Origin: Desulfosudaceae bacterium
Lineage (GTDB): Bacteria > Desulfobacterota > Desulfobacteria > Desulfobacterales > Desulfosudaceae
Direction of reading: 5' to 3'
DNA: 64,000 bases
NCBI GenBank assembly: GCA_963674745.2
Contig: CAXXDV010000003.1
Span: 2,304,001 to 2,368,000 of the forward strand
Shown in pieces: positions 39,804-49,508 of the stretch. Position numbers and translations under genes: made by a program. Below the pieces are notes generated by a model. It had not been told where the DNA came from, did not search any database, and saw nothing but the letters and a program-made list of their open reading frames with translations. Positions within the stretch are counted from its first letter, which is position 1; each line of letters opens with the position of its first letter.

Positions 39804-40127
39804 GATTTTGTTTATATAATATAAGACAGTTACAAAACATAAAGCTGAAAATAGAAAGTAGAAAGACACCAGAACATTGAACAGTTTAGGCATTTTTTCT
39901 TTATCGATAGCAACTGTTGACGCCCAGGCTCTTCCAGAGACAACTGAAAAGAAAGCGCTCAAAAATGATATTAGGCAAAACAAGACTGCGAACCACAAAG
40001 TTACTGTATCTTTGCTCAAAAAACCTTGCTTGTATTGCCAAATCACAAAAAACGAAATAAATATGCTCGGGATTATTAGAAATAATTGGATATTATAAAA
40101 TCTATTTCTCTTTTTATGGTCAACCAA
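39798..40127 (-). CDS. Membrane protein (cassette)
   Basis: Three TM segments; stop in inverse core. Confidence 0.68.
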   Translation of the reverse strand: MVDHKKRNRFYNIQLFLIIPSIFISFFVIWQYKQGFLSKDTVTLWFAVLFCLISFLSAFFSVVSGRAWASTVAIDKEKMPKLFNVLVSFYFLFSALCFVTVLYYINKIL

Positions 40128-40154
40128 TTCGATTTTCTCTATTTCTGATTTGTC

Positions 40155-40279
40155 TTATAACGTCTGCAGCCAAAGTAGCCAGGGCTTTCTCCGACTGCCT
40201 TAAAGATGGTTAATGTTCAATTTTCCCCGAATTTTCGAACCCGAGTGCCCTGGCTGTCATTTGGGCTGCTTGGTTGTGC
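40155..40279 (-). repeat. attC family D
   Basis: GCACAAC...GTTATAA, 125 bp. Confidence 0.9.
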
Positions 40280-40546
40280 GAAAATATATTTTATAGTGAT
40301 TCACAAAAATTTGCAGGGCTTTTCGTTACAAAGTTTTGCAAAAAATTACAGAAACCGATTTTCATCTTTTCCGGATTGACTGGCGAATTCAAAAAATCTA
40401 ATTTTTGGCTGATCAGAAACGCATGATCTGATCGATGCCGGTGGTTCATTCGCAAAGATGAAAAATATATCTTTTTTCCCCTTTGTTTCAAATTCATCCT
40501 GCCAAAAATTATCGAGTAGCTCGATTTTCCAAAAAGCGTTTTATAC
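40280..40546. other. Probable ORF-less cassette (68-codon ORF 40291-40497 doubtful)
   Basis: A/T-tract rich; peptide has no recognisable features. Confidence 0.5.
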
Positions 40547-40672
40547 GCACAACGTCTGCAGCCAAAGTAGCCAGGGCTTCCAGTGACTGACTTTAAGGTG
40601 GTTGATGTTCAATTTCCCCCGAATGTTCAAAAGCCGAATGCCCTGGCTATCATTTGGGCTGCTTGGTTAAGT
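40547..40672 (-). repeat. attC family D
   Basis: ACTTAAC...GTTGTGC, 126 bp. Confidence 0.9.
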
Positions 40673-40952
40673 GCCCGCATTATTCAGAAAGACTTAAACG
40701 ACAGCATGGGCAAATAAAATAAAATGTTATTTTTCTTTTTACGCTTTGTCCATCATGAACTTATGAAAACGGGTAGGTCTCTTTTCATCCGGACAAATAA
40801 AGGCGCATTATCACTTGGCCGCGCCAGTTCGAAATTACAATTTATCTTTACTGGACAAAAATATCAACTTGGTGACAATTACCATTTTGGCAACGAATGT
40901 CGATTTCAGCCCAAATTCTTTTTTTTATTTTTTTCCCGTACAGAATCAGTGC
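40673..40952. other. ORF-less cassette, copy 2
   Basis: ~97% identical to 42642-42921; no ORF >=60 aa on the cassette strand. Confidence 0.8.
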
Positions 40953-41079
40953 ACTTAACGTCTGAAGCCAATGGCAGCAAGGGCTTCCACTGACTTGGTT
41001 AAAAGTTTTATTTGTTCAAATTCCCCGATTGTTCAAAACCCGAGTGCCCTTGCTGTCCACTTGAGATTCATTGTTAGGT
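40953..41079 (-). repeat. attC family C
   Basis: ACCTAAC...GTTAAGT, 127 bp. Confidence 0.9.
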
Positions 41080-41091
41080 TTCGCAGTGGCA

Positions 41092-41457
41092 TTATTTTTG
41101 TAATCTGGCTTCAAAAGCAGTAACTCTATCTTGGTCAATCAGATATACAATGTCATTTTCAAATTTCACAATCCCTTTTTCGATAAGACGATTTATTACT
41201 GCTTTACCTTTTTTCTCTGACAAAGCGCCTATAATTTTTTTAAACGGCATCTTACATCCATTTTTCTTTAGGTCATGAATAAATAATTCTTCCCCTAACA
41301 TGCGATACCAGAAAAAGATTAAGACGACGTTTGTTGCTAACAGAATTATCGCAAAAGTGAATTTCTTCGCGACTAATAAAAAGACAAAGAATATGGAAAT
41401 AAGTACGATAGAAAAAGAGAGCTTTTGTGTTTTTGTCTTTAAAATAAAAAGTCGCAT
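41092..41457 (-). CDS. Membrane protein with C-terminal winged-helix-like segment (cassette)
   Basis: Two TMs then INRLIEKGIVKFENDIVYL. Confidence 0.7.
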   Translation of the reverse strand: MRLFILKTKTQKLSFSIVLISIFFVFLLVAKKFTFAIILLATNVVLIFFWYRMLGEELFIHDLKKNGCKMPFKKIIGALSEKKGKAVINRLIEKGIVKFENDIVYLIDQDRVTAFEARLQK

Positions 41458-41473
41458 TCTGTAATTTTCTGAA

Positions 41474-41597
41474 ACCTAACGTCCGCCACCACCGGCGAGC
41501 AGGGAATGGTGACTATTGCAAAGCCACGTTAACACCAGACCACGAAATTTAAAAAGCAGCCCGCCCCTGCGAGTCCGTGTGAGTGGCGTTGTTAGCT
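41474..41597 (-). repeat. attC family A
   Basis: AGCTAAC...GTTAGGT, 124 bp. Confidence 0.9.
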
Positions 41598-41602
41598 CTT
41601 TT

Positions 41603-41968
41603 TTAAAATAATTTTATACTGTATCGGTCTACCAACATTAGAGCACCCAAAAGCGAAATCCCGCCAAATGTTAAATTATAAAGAAACGCCCAGCTAAAAT
41701 AAACAAGGGCATCTCTTCTGCTTCGTTTGGTTGTGATATTTAAAACTTCTGCAACTAAAGTAATTGCGAGAACGATTACGAAAAGCAATGCGCCACTCAA
41801 CAAGATTATTCCGAGCCACAAAAGAGCGGCTGGGAAACCTGATTTTATCCATGCGATGATGAACGCAATGCCAGAGATCCATCCCACCGATGCAAAACTC
41901 CAGATTGCCCCCAAAATCATTCCTTGATGCAAGCTGATTCTTCGTTCAATTTTCTCTGGAGTATCCAT
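41603..41968 (-). CDS. Membrane protein (cassette)
   Basis: Three TM segments. Confidence 0.72.
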   Translation of the reverse strand: MDTPEKIERRISLHQGMILGAIWSFASVGWISGIAFIIAWIKSGFPAALLWLGIILLSGALLFVIVLAITLVAEVLNITTKRSRRDALVYFSWAFLYNLTFGGISLLGALMLVDRYSIKLF

Positions 41969-41975
41969 ATTGTAG

Positions 41976-42102
41976 AGCTAACGTCTGAAGCCAATGGCAG
42001 CCAGGGCTTCCACCAGCTTGGTTAAAGATTTTGGTTGTTCAATTCCCCCGATATTTCAAAACCCGACTGCCCTGGCTGTCCACTTGAGCTTCTTGGTTAT
42101 AC
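41976..42102 (-). repeat. attC family C
   Basis: GTATAAC...GTTAGCT, 127 bp. Confidence 0.9.
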
Positions 42103-42501
42103 GCCTAATTTATTATTTTCGACTTTATCAAGAATATCCTTTATTAACGAAGGGTCCTCTGCCCAGAAAGGTCTTGGAATTTTAACGACCGATTTATTTG
42201 TGTCGTCCTTTAGTTTTATGAATAGAAAAGGATTAAGGCTAAATGTTTTTCTTGCATTTGATAATTTGACAGTTCCTCGTCCTAAATACCAGTCTATGGC
42301 TTTTATTTCGTCATTTCTCATAACTGACTCCATGCGTAGCATAGCATTTAAAGCCGCTATGATACCGGATAATAGTGCTATAAACCCGATAAAGGGTATG
42401 TCGAGTCCACATTCACGACCAGCGAAAATAATAACAATCGAAACGGATAGTGCAGAGCCTAAACCCAGTTTCCAGGCGTTAAAATTTATATAGTTTCTCA
42501 T
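42097..42501 (-). CDS. Membrane protein (cassette)
   Basis: Two TMs plus soluble domain; stop in inverse core. Confidence 0.72.
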   Translation of the reverse strand: MRNYINFNAWKLGLGSALSVSIVIIFAGRECGLDIPFIGFIALLSGIIAALNAMLRMESVMRNDEIKAIDWYLGRGTVKLSNARKTFSLNPFLFIKLKDDTNKSVVKIPRPFWAEDPSLIKDILDKVENNKLGV

Positions 42502-42515
42502 TTTATTTGTATAGC

Positions 42516-42641
42516 GTATAACGTCTGCAGCCAAAGTAGCCAGGGCTTCCAGTGACTGACTTTAAAGTGGTTGATGTTCAATTTCCCCCGAAAGTTCAAA
42601 AGCCGAATGCCCTGGCTATCATTTGGGCTGCTTGGTTAAGT
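42516..42641 (-). repeat. attC family D
   Basis: ACTTAAC...GTTATAC, 126 bp. Confidence 0.9.
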
Positions 42642-42921
42642 GCCCGCATTATTCAGAAAGACTTTAACGACAGCATGGGCAAATAAAATAAAATGATATT
42701 TTTCTTTTTACGCCTTGTCCATCATGAACTTATGAAAACGGGTAGGTCTCTTTTCATCCGGACAAATAAAGGCGCATTATCATTTGGCCGCGCCAGTTCG
42801 AAATTACAATTTATCTTTACTGGCCGAAAAATTCAACTTGGTGACAATTACCATTTTGGCAACGAATGTCGATTTCAGCCAAAATTCTTTTTTTTATTTT
42901 TTTCCCGTACAGAATCAGTGC
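42642..42921. other. ORF-less cassette, copy 1
   Basis: Duplicate of 40673-40952. Confidence 0.8.
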
Positions 42922-43045
42922 ACTTAACGTCCGCCACCACCGGCGAGCAGGGTTTGCGGACTCCGCTAAAGTGAGTTTAACTCCAAATTACGCCAATACA
43001 AAAACAGCCCGCCCCTGCGAGTCCGCGTGAGTGGCGTTGTTAGAT
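42922..43045 (-). repeat. attC family A
   Basis: ATCTAAC...GTTAAGT, 124 bp. Confidence 0.9.
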
Positions 43046-43073
43046 TTATTTATAATTTTAAGGATAGAATAAG

Positions 43074-43445
43074 TTACTCTTTTTCTTTGTTGGCGTTATC
43101 TAAACAGGACGTAGTTTTGTGCTTTAAAGGTTCTATTTTTTTATATCTTTCTTCCAACCAGCTCTTATCTCGACCTTCCTCGATAAAATTCATTACTACA
43201 CCAAATCGAATATGCATATTAGTTTTAAGAGAATCCGTAATTTGTTGATCCGTGCCTTTATTCTTTTTTTCATATTCTATTGATTCAAGCACATTCAGGC
43301 ATAATTCTGCTTCCCCATTAAACTGCCCTTTGTTGTATCCATATTTTTCACCATCACTGTATGCTTTTAAGTAAATGGCAACTATAGAGACACTTTGAAT
43401 TATGATAACTAAAACCAAGCATTTTATTATATTATTTGTTTTCAT
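43074..43445 (-). CDS. Membrane-anchored hypothetical protein (cassette)
   Basis: GGAG RBS; N-terminal TM. Confidence 0.72.
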   Translation of the reverse strand: MKTNNIIKCLVLVIIIQSVSIVAIYLKAYSDGEKYGYNKGQFNGEAELCLNVLESIEYEKKNKGTDQQITDSLKTNMHIRFGVVMNFIEEGRDKSWLEERYKKIEPLKHKTTSCLDNANKEKE

Positions 43446-43455
43446 AGCTCCAGTA

Positions 43456-43584
43456 ATCTAACGTCTTCAGCCAAAGGGCGCCAGGGCTTCCTCCGACTGA
43501 CTTAAAGATGGTTAAAATTTCAACTCAGCATGGCTGTTCAAAACCCGGGTGCCCTGGCGATCCTATTGCGCTGAATTGTTCGGT
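43456..43584 (-). repeat. attC family B (first cassette)
   Basis: ACCGAAC...GTTAGAT, 129 bp; two extrahelical bases on the - strand left arm. Confidence 0.92.
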
Positions 43585-43591
43585 GCCGATT

Positions 43592-44002
43592 TTAGTTTCC
43601 GAAAAACAACTCTTTTGTCTCATAAAGCTTAGAACTATGTTTCCATCCAGACTCATGAGGTGGATCAGGGAAAGGGGCCTTTGCATAACCACAAGATTCC
43701 TTGAAATTAAATACAGCATGTGGAACTTGATTGATCAATAAGGCTGCTGCAGAAAAATCCCTCGTCCATATAATTTTAATCATGGATGGTTTATCTCGGT
43801 CTATTACATCCTTAACATTGTATATATGTAGAGCATCTACGAAAAATTGACCAGAGAGAGAATAATCTCGCGCATAAAAATAGCCTGTCTCACCATCATC
43901 TTCAAAGACAACTCCACGAATCCCATCAGATGTATCCGATTCAAGGACGATTTCTTCCCCGACCACGATTTCTTCTTCTACACCCAAAAATGGTGGCTTC
44001 AT
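43592..44002 (-). CDS. DUF2251-like protein (first cassette)
   Basis: VVFEDDGETGYFYA...DALHIYNV. Confidence 0.8.
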   Translation of the reverse strand: MKPPFLGVEEEIVVGEEIVLESDTSDGIRGVVFEDDGETGYFYARDYSLSGQFFVDALHIYNVKDVIDRDKPSMIKIIWTRDFSAAALLINQVPHAVFNFKESCGYAKAPFPDPPHESGWKHSSKLYETKELFFGN

Positions 44003-44011
44003 ATTTTATGC

Positions 44012-44085
44012 ACCGAACAGTGTAATAAATGGAAAATTTTTCCATGTTATTGACTCATATATGTGGAAAATTTTCCATTTATTAC
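44012..44085 (-). other. attI site (core G|TTCGGT at 44018-44012; upstream extent approximate)
   Basis: GTTCGGTGC matches the inverse core of the first attC; no attC arms upstream; lies 5' of intI. Confidence 0.85.
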
Positions 44086-44218
44086 TATTATTAAAGGGGT
44101 AAACGTGGAAAATTGTCCGCATTATTTTCCACGTTTGCTTTTTCCAATATATTATTCTTGTAATTTTCCATTTATTACCATATTAAAGGGGCAAACATGG
44201 AAAGTTGAAAGGGTCATC

Positions 44219-45211
44219 ATGGAAGATAAACCCAAATTCCGCCCCAATCCCCAGTTGAAATTGCTCGATCAGGTCCGCCAGGTCCTTCGATATCATCATT
44301 ATGCCTATAGCACGGAACACACCTATAGTCACTGGATCAAACGTTACATTTATTATCATGGTGGTAAAACCCATCCCCGTGAATTAAACGAGAAAGACAT
44401 TGAAAATTTTTTATCGCATCTGGCTACAAATGTCAACATTGCAGCTACGACCCAGCGACAGGCATTGAACGCCCTGGTGTTTTTGTACCGTGAGGTGCTG
44501 GATATCCCGCTGACGAAAAAGATTGCGCCGGCCAAGGTAAAAAGGCAAAGCCGACCTCCAACGGTCTTAACACAACAGGAGACCGCCCGGCTTCTGGAGC
44601 AGATGACCGGCACCAATGCGCTGATGGTCAAACTGATGTATGGTTCCGGTATGCGCCTGATGGAATGCATCCGTCTGCGAATTCAAGATATTGATTTTGG
44701 TCAGGGGAAAATTTTCGTGCGGGGCGGTAAAGGGGGGAAAGACCGGGTCACTCTGCTGCCGTCAAATATCCAGGAGAAACTCCAGCATCATATTGGCCGG
44801 GTAAAACAATTGCACAGGGACGATCTTGAAGCGGGTTACGGCCGGGTGTATCTGCCCGGAGCGCTGGCCAAGAAATACCCTGACGCACCAACCAAAATCG
44901 GCTGGCAGTATGTTTTTCCGGCCAAAGAACGATCGTTGGATCCGCGTTCAGGTAAAATACGACGTCATCATGTATTGGGATCCACCCTGCAGAAGGCCAT
45001 CCGCACGGCTGTACGTCGGGCCAGAATAGACAAACGGGTTTCAAGTCATACCCTGCGGCACAGTTTTGCCACCCATATGCTTGAAAACGGGGTTAATATA
45101 AGAGTGCTGCAGGAGCTTCTGGGGCATGCTGATGTGAAAACCACCGAGATTTATACCCATGTGATGAGAAAAGATATTGACGGCTTGAAAAGCCCGTTGG
45201 ATCTGCTTTAA
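44219..45211 (+). CDS. intI: Integron integrase
   Basis: LLDQVR..LR..HYAYSTE.TY, YGSGMRLME, GKGGKDR, integron-specific insert (VYLPGALAKKYP..WQYVFP..RRHH), [24 protein letters not shown]. Confidence 0.97.
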   Translation: MEDKPKFRPNPQLKLLDQVRQVLRYHHYAYSTEHTYSHWIKRYIYYHGGKTHPRELNEKDIENFLSHLATNVNIAATTQRQALNALVFLYREVLDIPLTKKIAPAKVKRQSRPPTVLTQQETARLLEQMTGTNALMVKLMYGSGMRLMECIRLRIQDIDFGQGKIFVRGGKGGKDRVTLLPSNIQEKLQHHIGRVKQLHRDDLEAGYGRVYLPGALAKKYPDAPTKIGWQYVFPAKERSLDPRSGKIRRHHVLGSTLQKAIRTAVRRARIDKRVSSHTLRHSFATHMLENGVNIRVLQELLGHADVKTTEIYTHVMRKDIDGLKSPLDLL

Positions 45212-45261
45212 AAAACCATGGGTTTGGATCTCAAATTTGATTAAGGGGGTTTGTGCGTAAT

Positions 45262-45308
45262 AAAAAAAAGGGCGATGACGATTAATAAAGAACCGTCATC
45301 GCCCCTGT
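45262..45308 (-). terminator. Rho-independent terminator of htpG, possibly bidirectional
   Basis: GGGCGATGACG/CGTCATCGCCC stem with adjacent A8. Confidence 0.75.
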
Positions 45309-45324
45309 TTCGGTCAACATATAA

Positions 45325-47277
45325 TTATTCTTCTGTGGTCTTCGCTGTCTGCGCCATCAGGTCGCCCACAATCTTCGACATTTTGGACGGGTCAGCCACC
45401 CGGCCGCCTTCACCGATCAGGGCCAGGTCGTAAATCAGGCCGATGTATTCGCCCAGCCTGGCGTCGTCCTTGTCCTTTTCAAACACATCGTTGATCATGG
45501 CAATGGCCGGATGATTGACGTTGATTTCCAGGATGCGCTTTGTTTCCGGCATGGACTGGCCCGAGGCCTTCATGATTTTTTCCATGTAGGCGCTCATGTC
45601 ATAGGTATCACCGGTCAGGCAGGCCATGGACTCTTTCAGGCGGGTCGACGGCCGGACTTCCTTGATCTTTTCTTCCAGGTTTTTCTGCATATGTTCAAAC
45701 AGCTTGCCAAAGCTTTTTTTCTTGTCTTCATCCACCTTGTCCAGATCCAGGTCACCCTTTTCCGCGCTGATTAATTTTTTGCCGTCATACTCGGGCAATG
45801 ACGAAACCACCCACTCGTCCACCGGATCGGTCATCAGCAGGACCTCAAGGCCCTTGTCCTTGAGCTGTTCCAGGTGGGGATGGTTTTTAAGGGATTCAAG
45901 GTTGTCGCCGGTAATGTAATAAATTTCCTTTTGATCGTCTTTCATGCCGGCCACGTAATCCTTGAGGCTGACCCATTTGCCTTCGGACTGGGTGGTCTGA
46001 TAGCGCAGCAGGTCGGCGATCCTGTCGCGGTTGGCAAAGTCGGTGTGCATGCCTTCCTTTAACACCGGGCCGAATTCCAGGTAAAACTGCTCGTATTTTT
46101 CCGCTTCCATGTCGGTCAGCAGGCCCAGCATTTTTTTAACCAGGTTCTTGCGGATGTTGCGGACCACCGCGTCCTGCTGGAGAATTTCGCGGCTGACGTT
46201 CAGGTTCAGGTCGGGCGCGTCCACCACGCCTTTGACAAACCGGAGGTATTCGGGGAACAGCTCCTGGCAGTCGTCCATGATAAAAACCCGCTTGCTGTAA
46301 AGGGACAGGCCGTGTTTCTTGCCGGGGTGAAACAGCTCAAAAGGGGCCTTGGAGGGGACATACAGCAGGGCCACGTATTCGGTCACCCCTTCCAGCTTCA
46401 TGTGCAGATGGGCCAGGGGCGGGTTCCAGTCGTGACTCAGGTGCTTGTAAAATTCTTCGTGTTCTTCTTCGGTGACGTCATCCTTGTCTTTGAGCCAGAT
46501 GGCCTTCATGGAGTTCAAGGTTTCTTCTTTGACCACTTTTTGGGTCTGGCCCTCGATCTTTTTGCCGTCACCGTCGACCAGGGCGTCGGCGTCATCCACC
46601 GGTTCTTCGCGCTCCACATCCATGACAACGGGATAGGCCACAAAATCCGAGTGTTTTTTGACGATATGACGGATGGTGTATTCCTCGGTAAAGTTATCCG
46701 CTTCATCATCACCTTCGGGCACGGGTTTCAACTCCAGGATGATGCGCGTGCCCCGCTCCGGCTTTTCCACGGTTTCAATGGTATAGGTACCGTCCCCGGC
46801 GGATTCCCAGCGCACGGCCTGGTCGGCCGGCGCACCGGCCGCGCGGGTGATCAGGGTGATCCTGTCGGCCACGATAAAGGCGCTGTAAAAACCGACCCCG
46901 AACTGACCGATCAGTTCCGGCGAGAGGCCTTCACTTTCCTGGGCCTGCTGGATGGCTTTCATGAAAGCGCCGGTACCGCTCTGGGCAATGGTACCGATAT
47001 TTTCAACAACATCGTCCCGGGTCATGCCGATGCCGTTATCGGCGATTTCAAGGGTGCGTTTATCGCCGTCCGGAATAAGCTTGATTTTAAATTCCGTGTC
47101 GTCACCCAGGGCTTCGGGCTCGGTCTGGGCCTTGAACCGCAGCCGGTCAATCGCGTCCGACGCGTTGGAAATCAGTTCCCGGAGGAAAATTTCACGGTTG
47201 GAGTAAAGAGAATTGATAATCAGGTTCAGGATCTGCTGGTCATCGGTCTTGAATTGAAATGTTTCTTTTCCGGTCAT
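45325..47277 (-). CDS. htpG: Chaperone HtpG (Hsp90)
   Basis: [43 protein letters not shown]. Confidence 0.98.
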   Translation of the reverse strand: MTGKETFQFKTDDQQILNLIINSLYSNREIFLRELISNASDAIDRLRFKAQTEPEALGDDTEFKIKLIPDGDKRTLEIADNGIGMTRDDVVENIGTIAQSGTGAFMKAIQQAQESEGLSPELIGQFGVGFYSAFIVADRITLITRAAGAPADQAVRWESAGDGTYTIETVEKPERGTRIILELKPVPEGDDEADNFTEEYTIRHIVKKHSDFVAYPVVMDVEREEPVDDADALVDGDGKKIEGQTQKVVKEETLNSMKAIWLKDKDDVTEEEHEEFYKHLSHDWNPPLAHLHMKLEGVTEYVALLYVPSKAPFELFHPGKKHGLSLYSKRVFIMDDCQELFPEYLRFVKGVVDAPDLNLNVSREILQQDAVVRNIRKNLVKKMLGLLTDMEAEKYEQFYLEFGPVLKEGMHTDFANRDRIADLLRYQTTQSEGKWVSLKDYVAGMKDDQKEIYYITGDNLESLKNHPHLEQLKDKGLEVLLMTDPVDEWVVSSLPEYDGKKLISAEKGDLDLDKVDEDKKKSFGKLFEHMQKNLEEKIKEVRPSTRLKESMACLTGDTYDMSAYMEKIMKASGQSMPETKRILEINVNHPAIAMINDVFEKDKDDARLGEYIGLIYDLALIGEGGRVADPSKMSKIVGDLMAQTAKTTEE

Positions 47278-47419
47278 GTTTTACCTCGTTCTATTTTTCT
47301 GGTTTATCTCACGATTAATTTCAGCAAAATATTCGAATCACTTTCCATTAATTCAATGGTTTTGAAAAGGGTTCGAGAGTTCAAGGGGCCAAGTAAAGAA
47401 AGACCCCCCTCTTGCCCCC

Positions 47420-47453
47420 TTGAATCCTTGAATCCTTGAATCCTTGAATCCTT
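47420..47453. repeat. Tandem 8-mer TTGAATCC x4
   Basis: Direct reading. Confidence 0.85.
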
Positions 47454-47548
47454 ATAAACCAACTGAATTGGAAAAAATCTAATTTTAAAAAATGTGCATT
47501 AATGACGGATTGTCAAGGCCCGCTCAATTGCAACCGACTCAATTAATG

Positions 47549-47587
47549 AAAAAAAAGCCCGGATACCGCTTCCGGTACCCGGGCTTT
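47549..47587 (-). terminator. Rho-independent terminator of the acyl-CoA dehydrogenase gene
   Basis: A8-GCCCGG-TACCG...CGGTA-CCCGGGC. Confidence 0.75.
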
Positions 47588-47612
47588 GATCATATTTTAA
47601 AAAATTATCGGC

Positions 47613-49424
47613 TTACAGGAAGGCCTCTTCCGGCATTTCCATGACGGCCTTGTTCAGCGCTGCCACACCATCCATTTTCCCCATAGTGGCCGGGAAAAGA
47701 GAGGTCAGATAGAACTGGGCCGTTTTGATCTGTCCGGTGTAAAAAGCCTTGTCCTTTTCTTTGACCTTGTCGTTCTGCAGGGCTTCTGAAGCCACCGCCG
47801 CCCGCCACAGGTGCATCCAGGCCATAACCACGTCGCCGACCACTTCCATGAACGGGGTTGCCGAAGCAAAGGCATCCAGGACGTTTTCGGACATGGCGGT
47901 CTTGCCGATGGCCATGGCCACTTCGCCCAGGCGTTTGACCGCATTTTCCACGTTCTCGGCCCCGTCTTTCAGGCCCTCAAGCTGTTTGGCTTTGGCCGCC
48001 GCGCCACCAACTTCACCCAGAAAATCCATGAACGGCTTGCTCTTGTTCATGCCCAGTTTCCGGGCCAGCAGGTCCATGGCCTGAATACCGTTGGTGCCTT
48101 CATAGATACTGGTGATCTTGCAGTCCCGCACCAGCTGTTCCTGGGGGTATTCTTTGATGTAGCCATAGCCGCCGTAAACCTGGCAGCCCATGGCACAGAC
48201 GTCAAAGCCCTTGTCGGTGCAGTAAGCTTTGACCACCGGGATCAGAAATTCGATCAGGCCCGTATATTTTTCTTTTTCCGCCTCATCCTCGGTTACTTCC
48301 ACCCGGTCAAAGCAATGGGCGACAAAATACAGCATGCCGCGCATGCCTTCCACGTAGGATTTCATCCAGAGAAGCTGGCGGCGTACATCCGGATGTTTGA
48401 TAATGTTCACGCTGGGGGCTTCGGCGTTCATGAAATCCAGCAGTTCCCGGCCCTGAATTCTCTCTTTGGCGTAAGCCACGGCATTGGCATAGGAGGTGGC
48501 GCCCAGGGAGTAGCCCTGCACACCCACGCCGAAACGGGCTTCGTTCATCATCAGGAACATGGTTCTCATGCCCTTGTTTTCTTCGCCCAGCAGGGTACCG
48601 ATGCAGTTGCCCTTGCCGCCCAGGGTCAGGGAACAGGTGGCATTGCCGTGAATACCCATTTTTTCCTCGATGCCGGTACAGACCACATCGTTGAACTCGC
48701 CCAGGCTGCCGTCCTCGTTAACCCGGTATTTGGGTACGACAAACAGGGAAATCCCCTTGGTACCGGCCGGCGCGCCTTCGATCCGGGCCAGGACCGGATG
48801 GATAATGTTTTCGGCCAGATCATGCTCGCCGGCGGAGATAAAAATCTTGTTGCCGGAGATGGAAAAGGTGCCGTCATCATTTCTGACCGCGGTGGTGGTC
48901 AGGGCGCCGACATCGGACCCGGCGTCCGGTTCGGTCAGCAGCATGGTGCCGGCCCACTTGCCGGCATACATGTTTTTGACATAGGTTTTTTTCTGCTCTT
49001 CGGTGCCCACGGTTTCGATCATTTTAGCAGCCCCGTGGGTCAGCCCGGGATACATCATAAAGGCCATGTTGGCGCCGGAGAAATACTCGGCCGCCGCCAG
49101 GTTCAGGACGTTGGGCATGCCCTGGCCGCCGAACTCGGGATCTTCGGAAGCGCCGATCCACTCGCCTTCACAATAAAGGTCATAAATTCGTTTAAATGAT
49201 TCGGGAACCTTTACCTGGCCGTTTTCAAACGTGCACCCGCTATCACCATCCTCGTTGGTGGGCAGTATTTCCTTTACGGCCAGGTTACGGGCCTCGGTAA
49301 CCACCATATCCATGGTTTTTCTATTAAAATCAGCAAATTTTTCGTACTTTGACAGTTCTTCGGCTTTCAGCATTTCATGCAGGACAAAATCGACATCCCG
49401 ACGATTGGAAAGTGTACCAGCCAT
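47613..49424 (-). CDS. Acyl-CoA dehydrogenase (long FadE5-like family)
   Basis: GTMLLTEPDAGSD, GNKIFIS, IEEKMGIHG, IYEGTNGIQAMDL. Confidence 0.95.
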   Translation of the reverse strand: MAGTLSNRRDVDFVLHEMLKAEELSKYEKFADFNRKTMDMVVTEARNLAVKEILPTNEDGDSGCTFENGQVKVPESFKRIYDLYCEGEWIGASEDPEFGGQGMPNVLNLAAAEYFSGANMAFMMYPGLTHGAAKMIETVGTEEQKKTYVKNMYAGKWAGTMLLTEPDAGSDVGALTTTAVRNDDGTFSISGNKIFISAGEHDLAENIIHPVLARIEGAPAGTKGISLFVVPKYRVNEDGSLGEFNDVVCTGIEEKMGIHGNATCSLTLGGKGNCIGTLLGEENKGMRTMFLMMNEARFGVGVQGYSLGATSYANAVAYAKERIQGRELLDFMNAEAPSVNIIKHPDVRRQLLWMKSYVEGMRGMLYFVAHCFDRVEVTEDEAEKEKYTGLIEFLIPVVKAYCTDKGFDVCAMGCQVYGGYGYIKEYPQEQLVRDCKITSIYEGTNGIQAMDLLARKLGMNKSKPFMDFLGEVGGAAAKAKQLEGLKDGAENVENAVKRLGEVAMAIGKTAMSENVLDAFASATPFMEVVGDVVMAWMHLWRAAVASEALQNDKVKEKDKAFYTGQIKTAQFYLTSLFPATMGKMDGVAALNKAVMEMPEEAFL

Positions 49425-49490
49425 AACCTTGTTCTCCTTTTTCTAAAATTCCAGATTATTCTATAATCAATCAACAATAAACGATTGTAA

Positions 49491-49508
49491 TGAATGAATA
49501 CTCATTCA
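49491..49508. promoter_or_regulatory. Palindromic operator TGAATGAATACTCATTCA (TetR-family FadR/YsiA-like box)
   Basis: TGAATGA/TCATTCA inverted repeat just downstream of a - strand TTGACA (49534-49539) and TATA-like -10. Confidence 0.7.

Larger units (their letters stand above)
25450..45211. mobile_element. Chromosomal integron: intI, attI and ~24 cassette units on the - strand
   Basis: IntI divergent from array; ~23 attC sites, most with inverse core complementary to the GTT core at their cassette's 5' end; AT-rich cassette ORFs. Confidence 0.96.

Noticed and set aside
40724..40993. Antisense ORFs 40724-40993 and 42693-42974 as genes
   Set aside because: No stop inside the cassette, they run into different neighbouring attC sites, and differences are mostly non-synonymous.
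25450..43584. CRISPR array
   Set aside because: Repeats are ~125-bp imperfect palindromes separated by gene-sized units with AAC/GTT cores; no cas genes.
44063..44218. 52-aa N-terminal extension of IntI in the ORF track
   Set aside because: It translates the attI repeats (FPFITI twice); ATG 44219 gives a typical IntI start.
46312..49199. Long + strand ORFs (46312-47439, 47811-49199) and similar shadows elsewhere
   Set aside because: Antisense to htpG and the acyl-CoA dehydrogenase; expected from codon bias in GC-rich genes.
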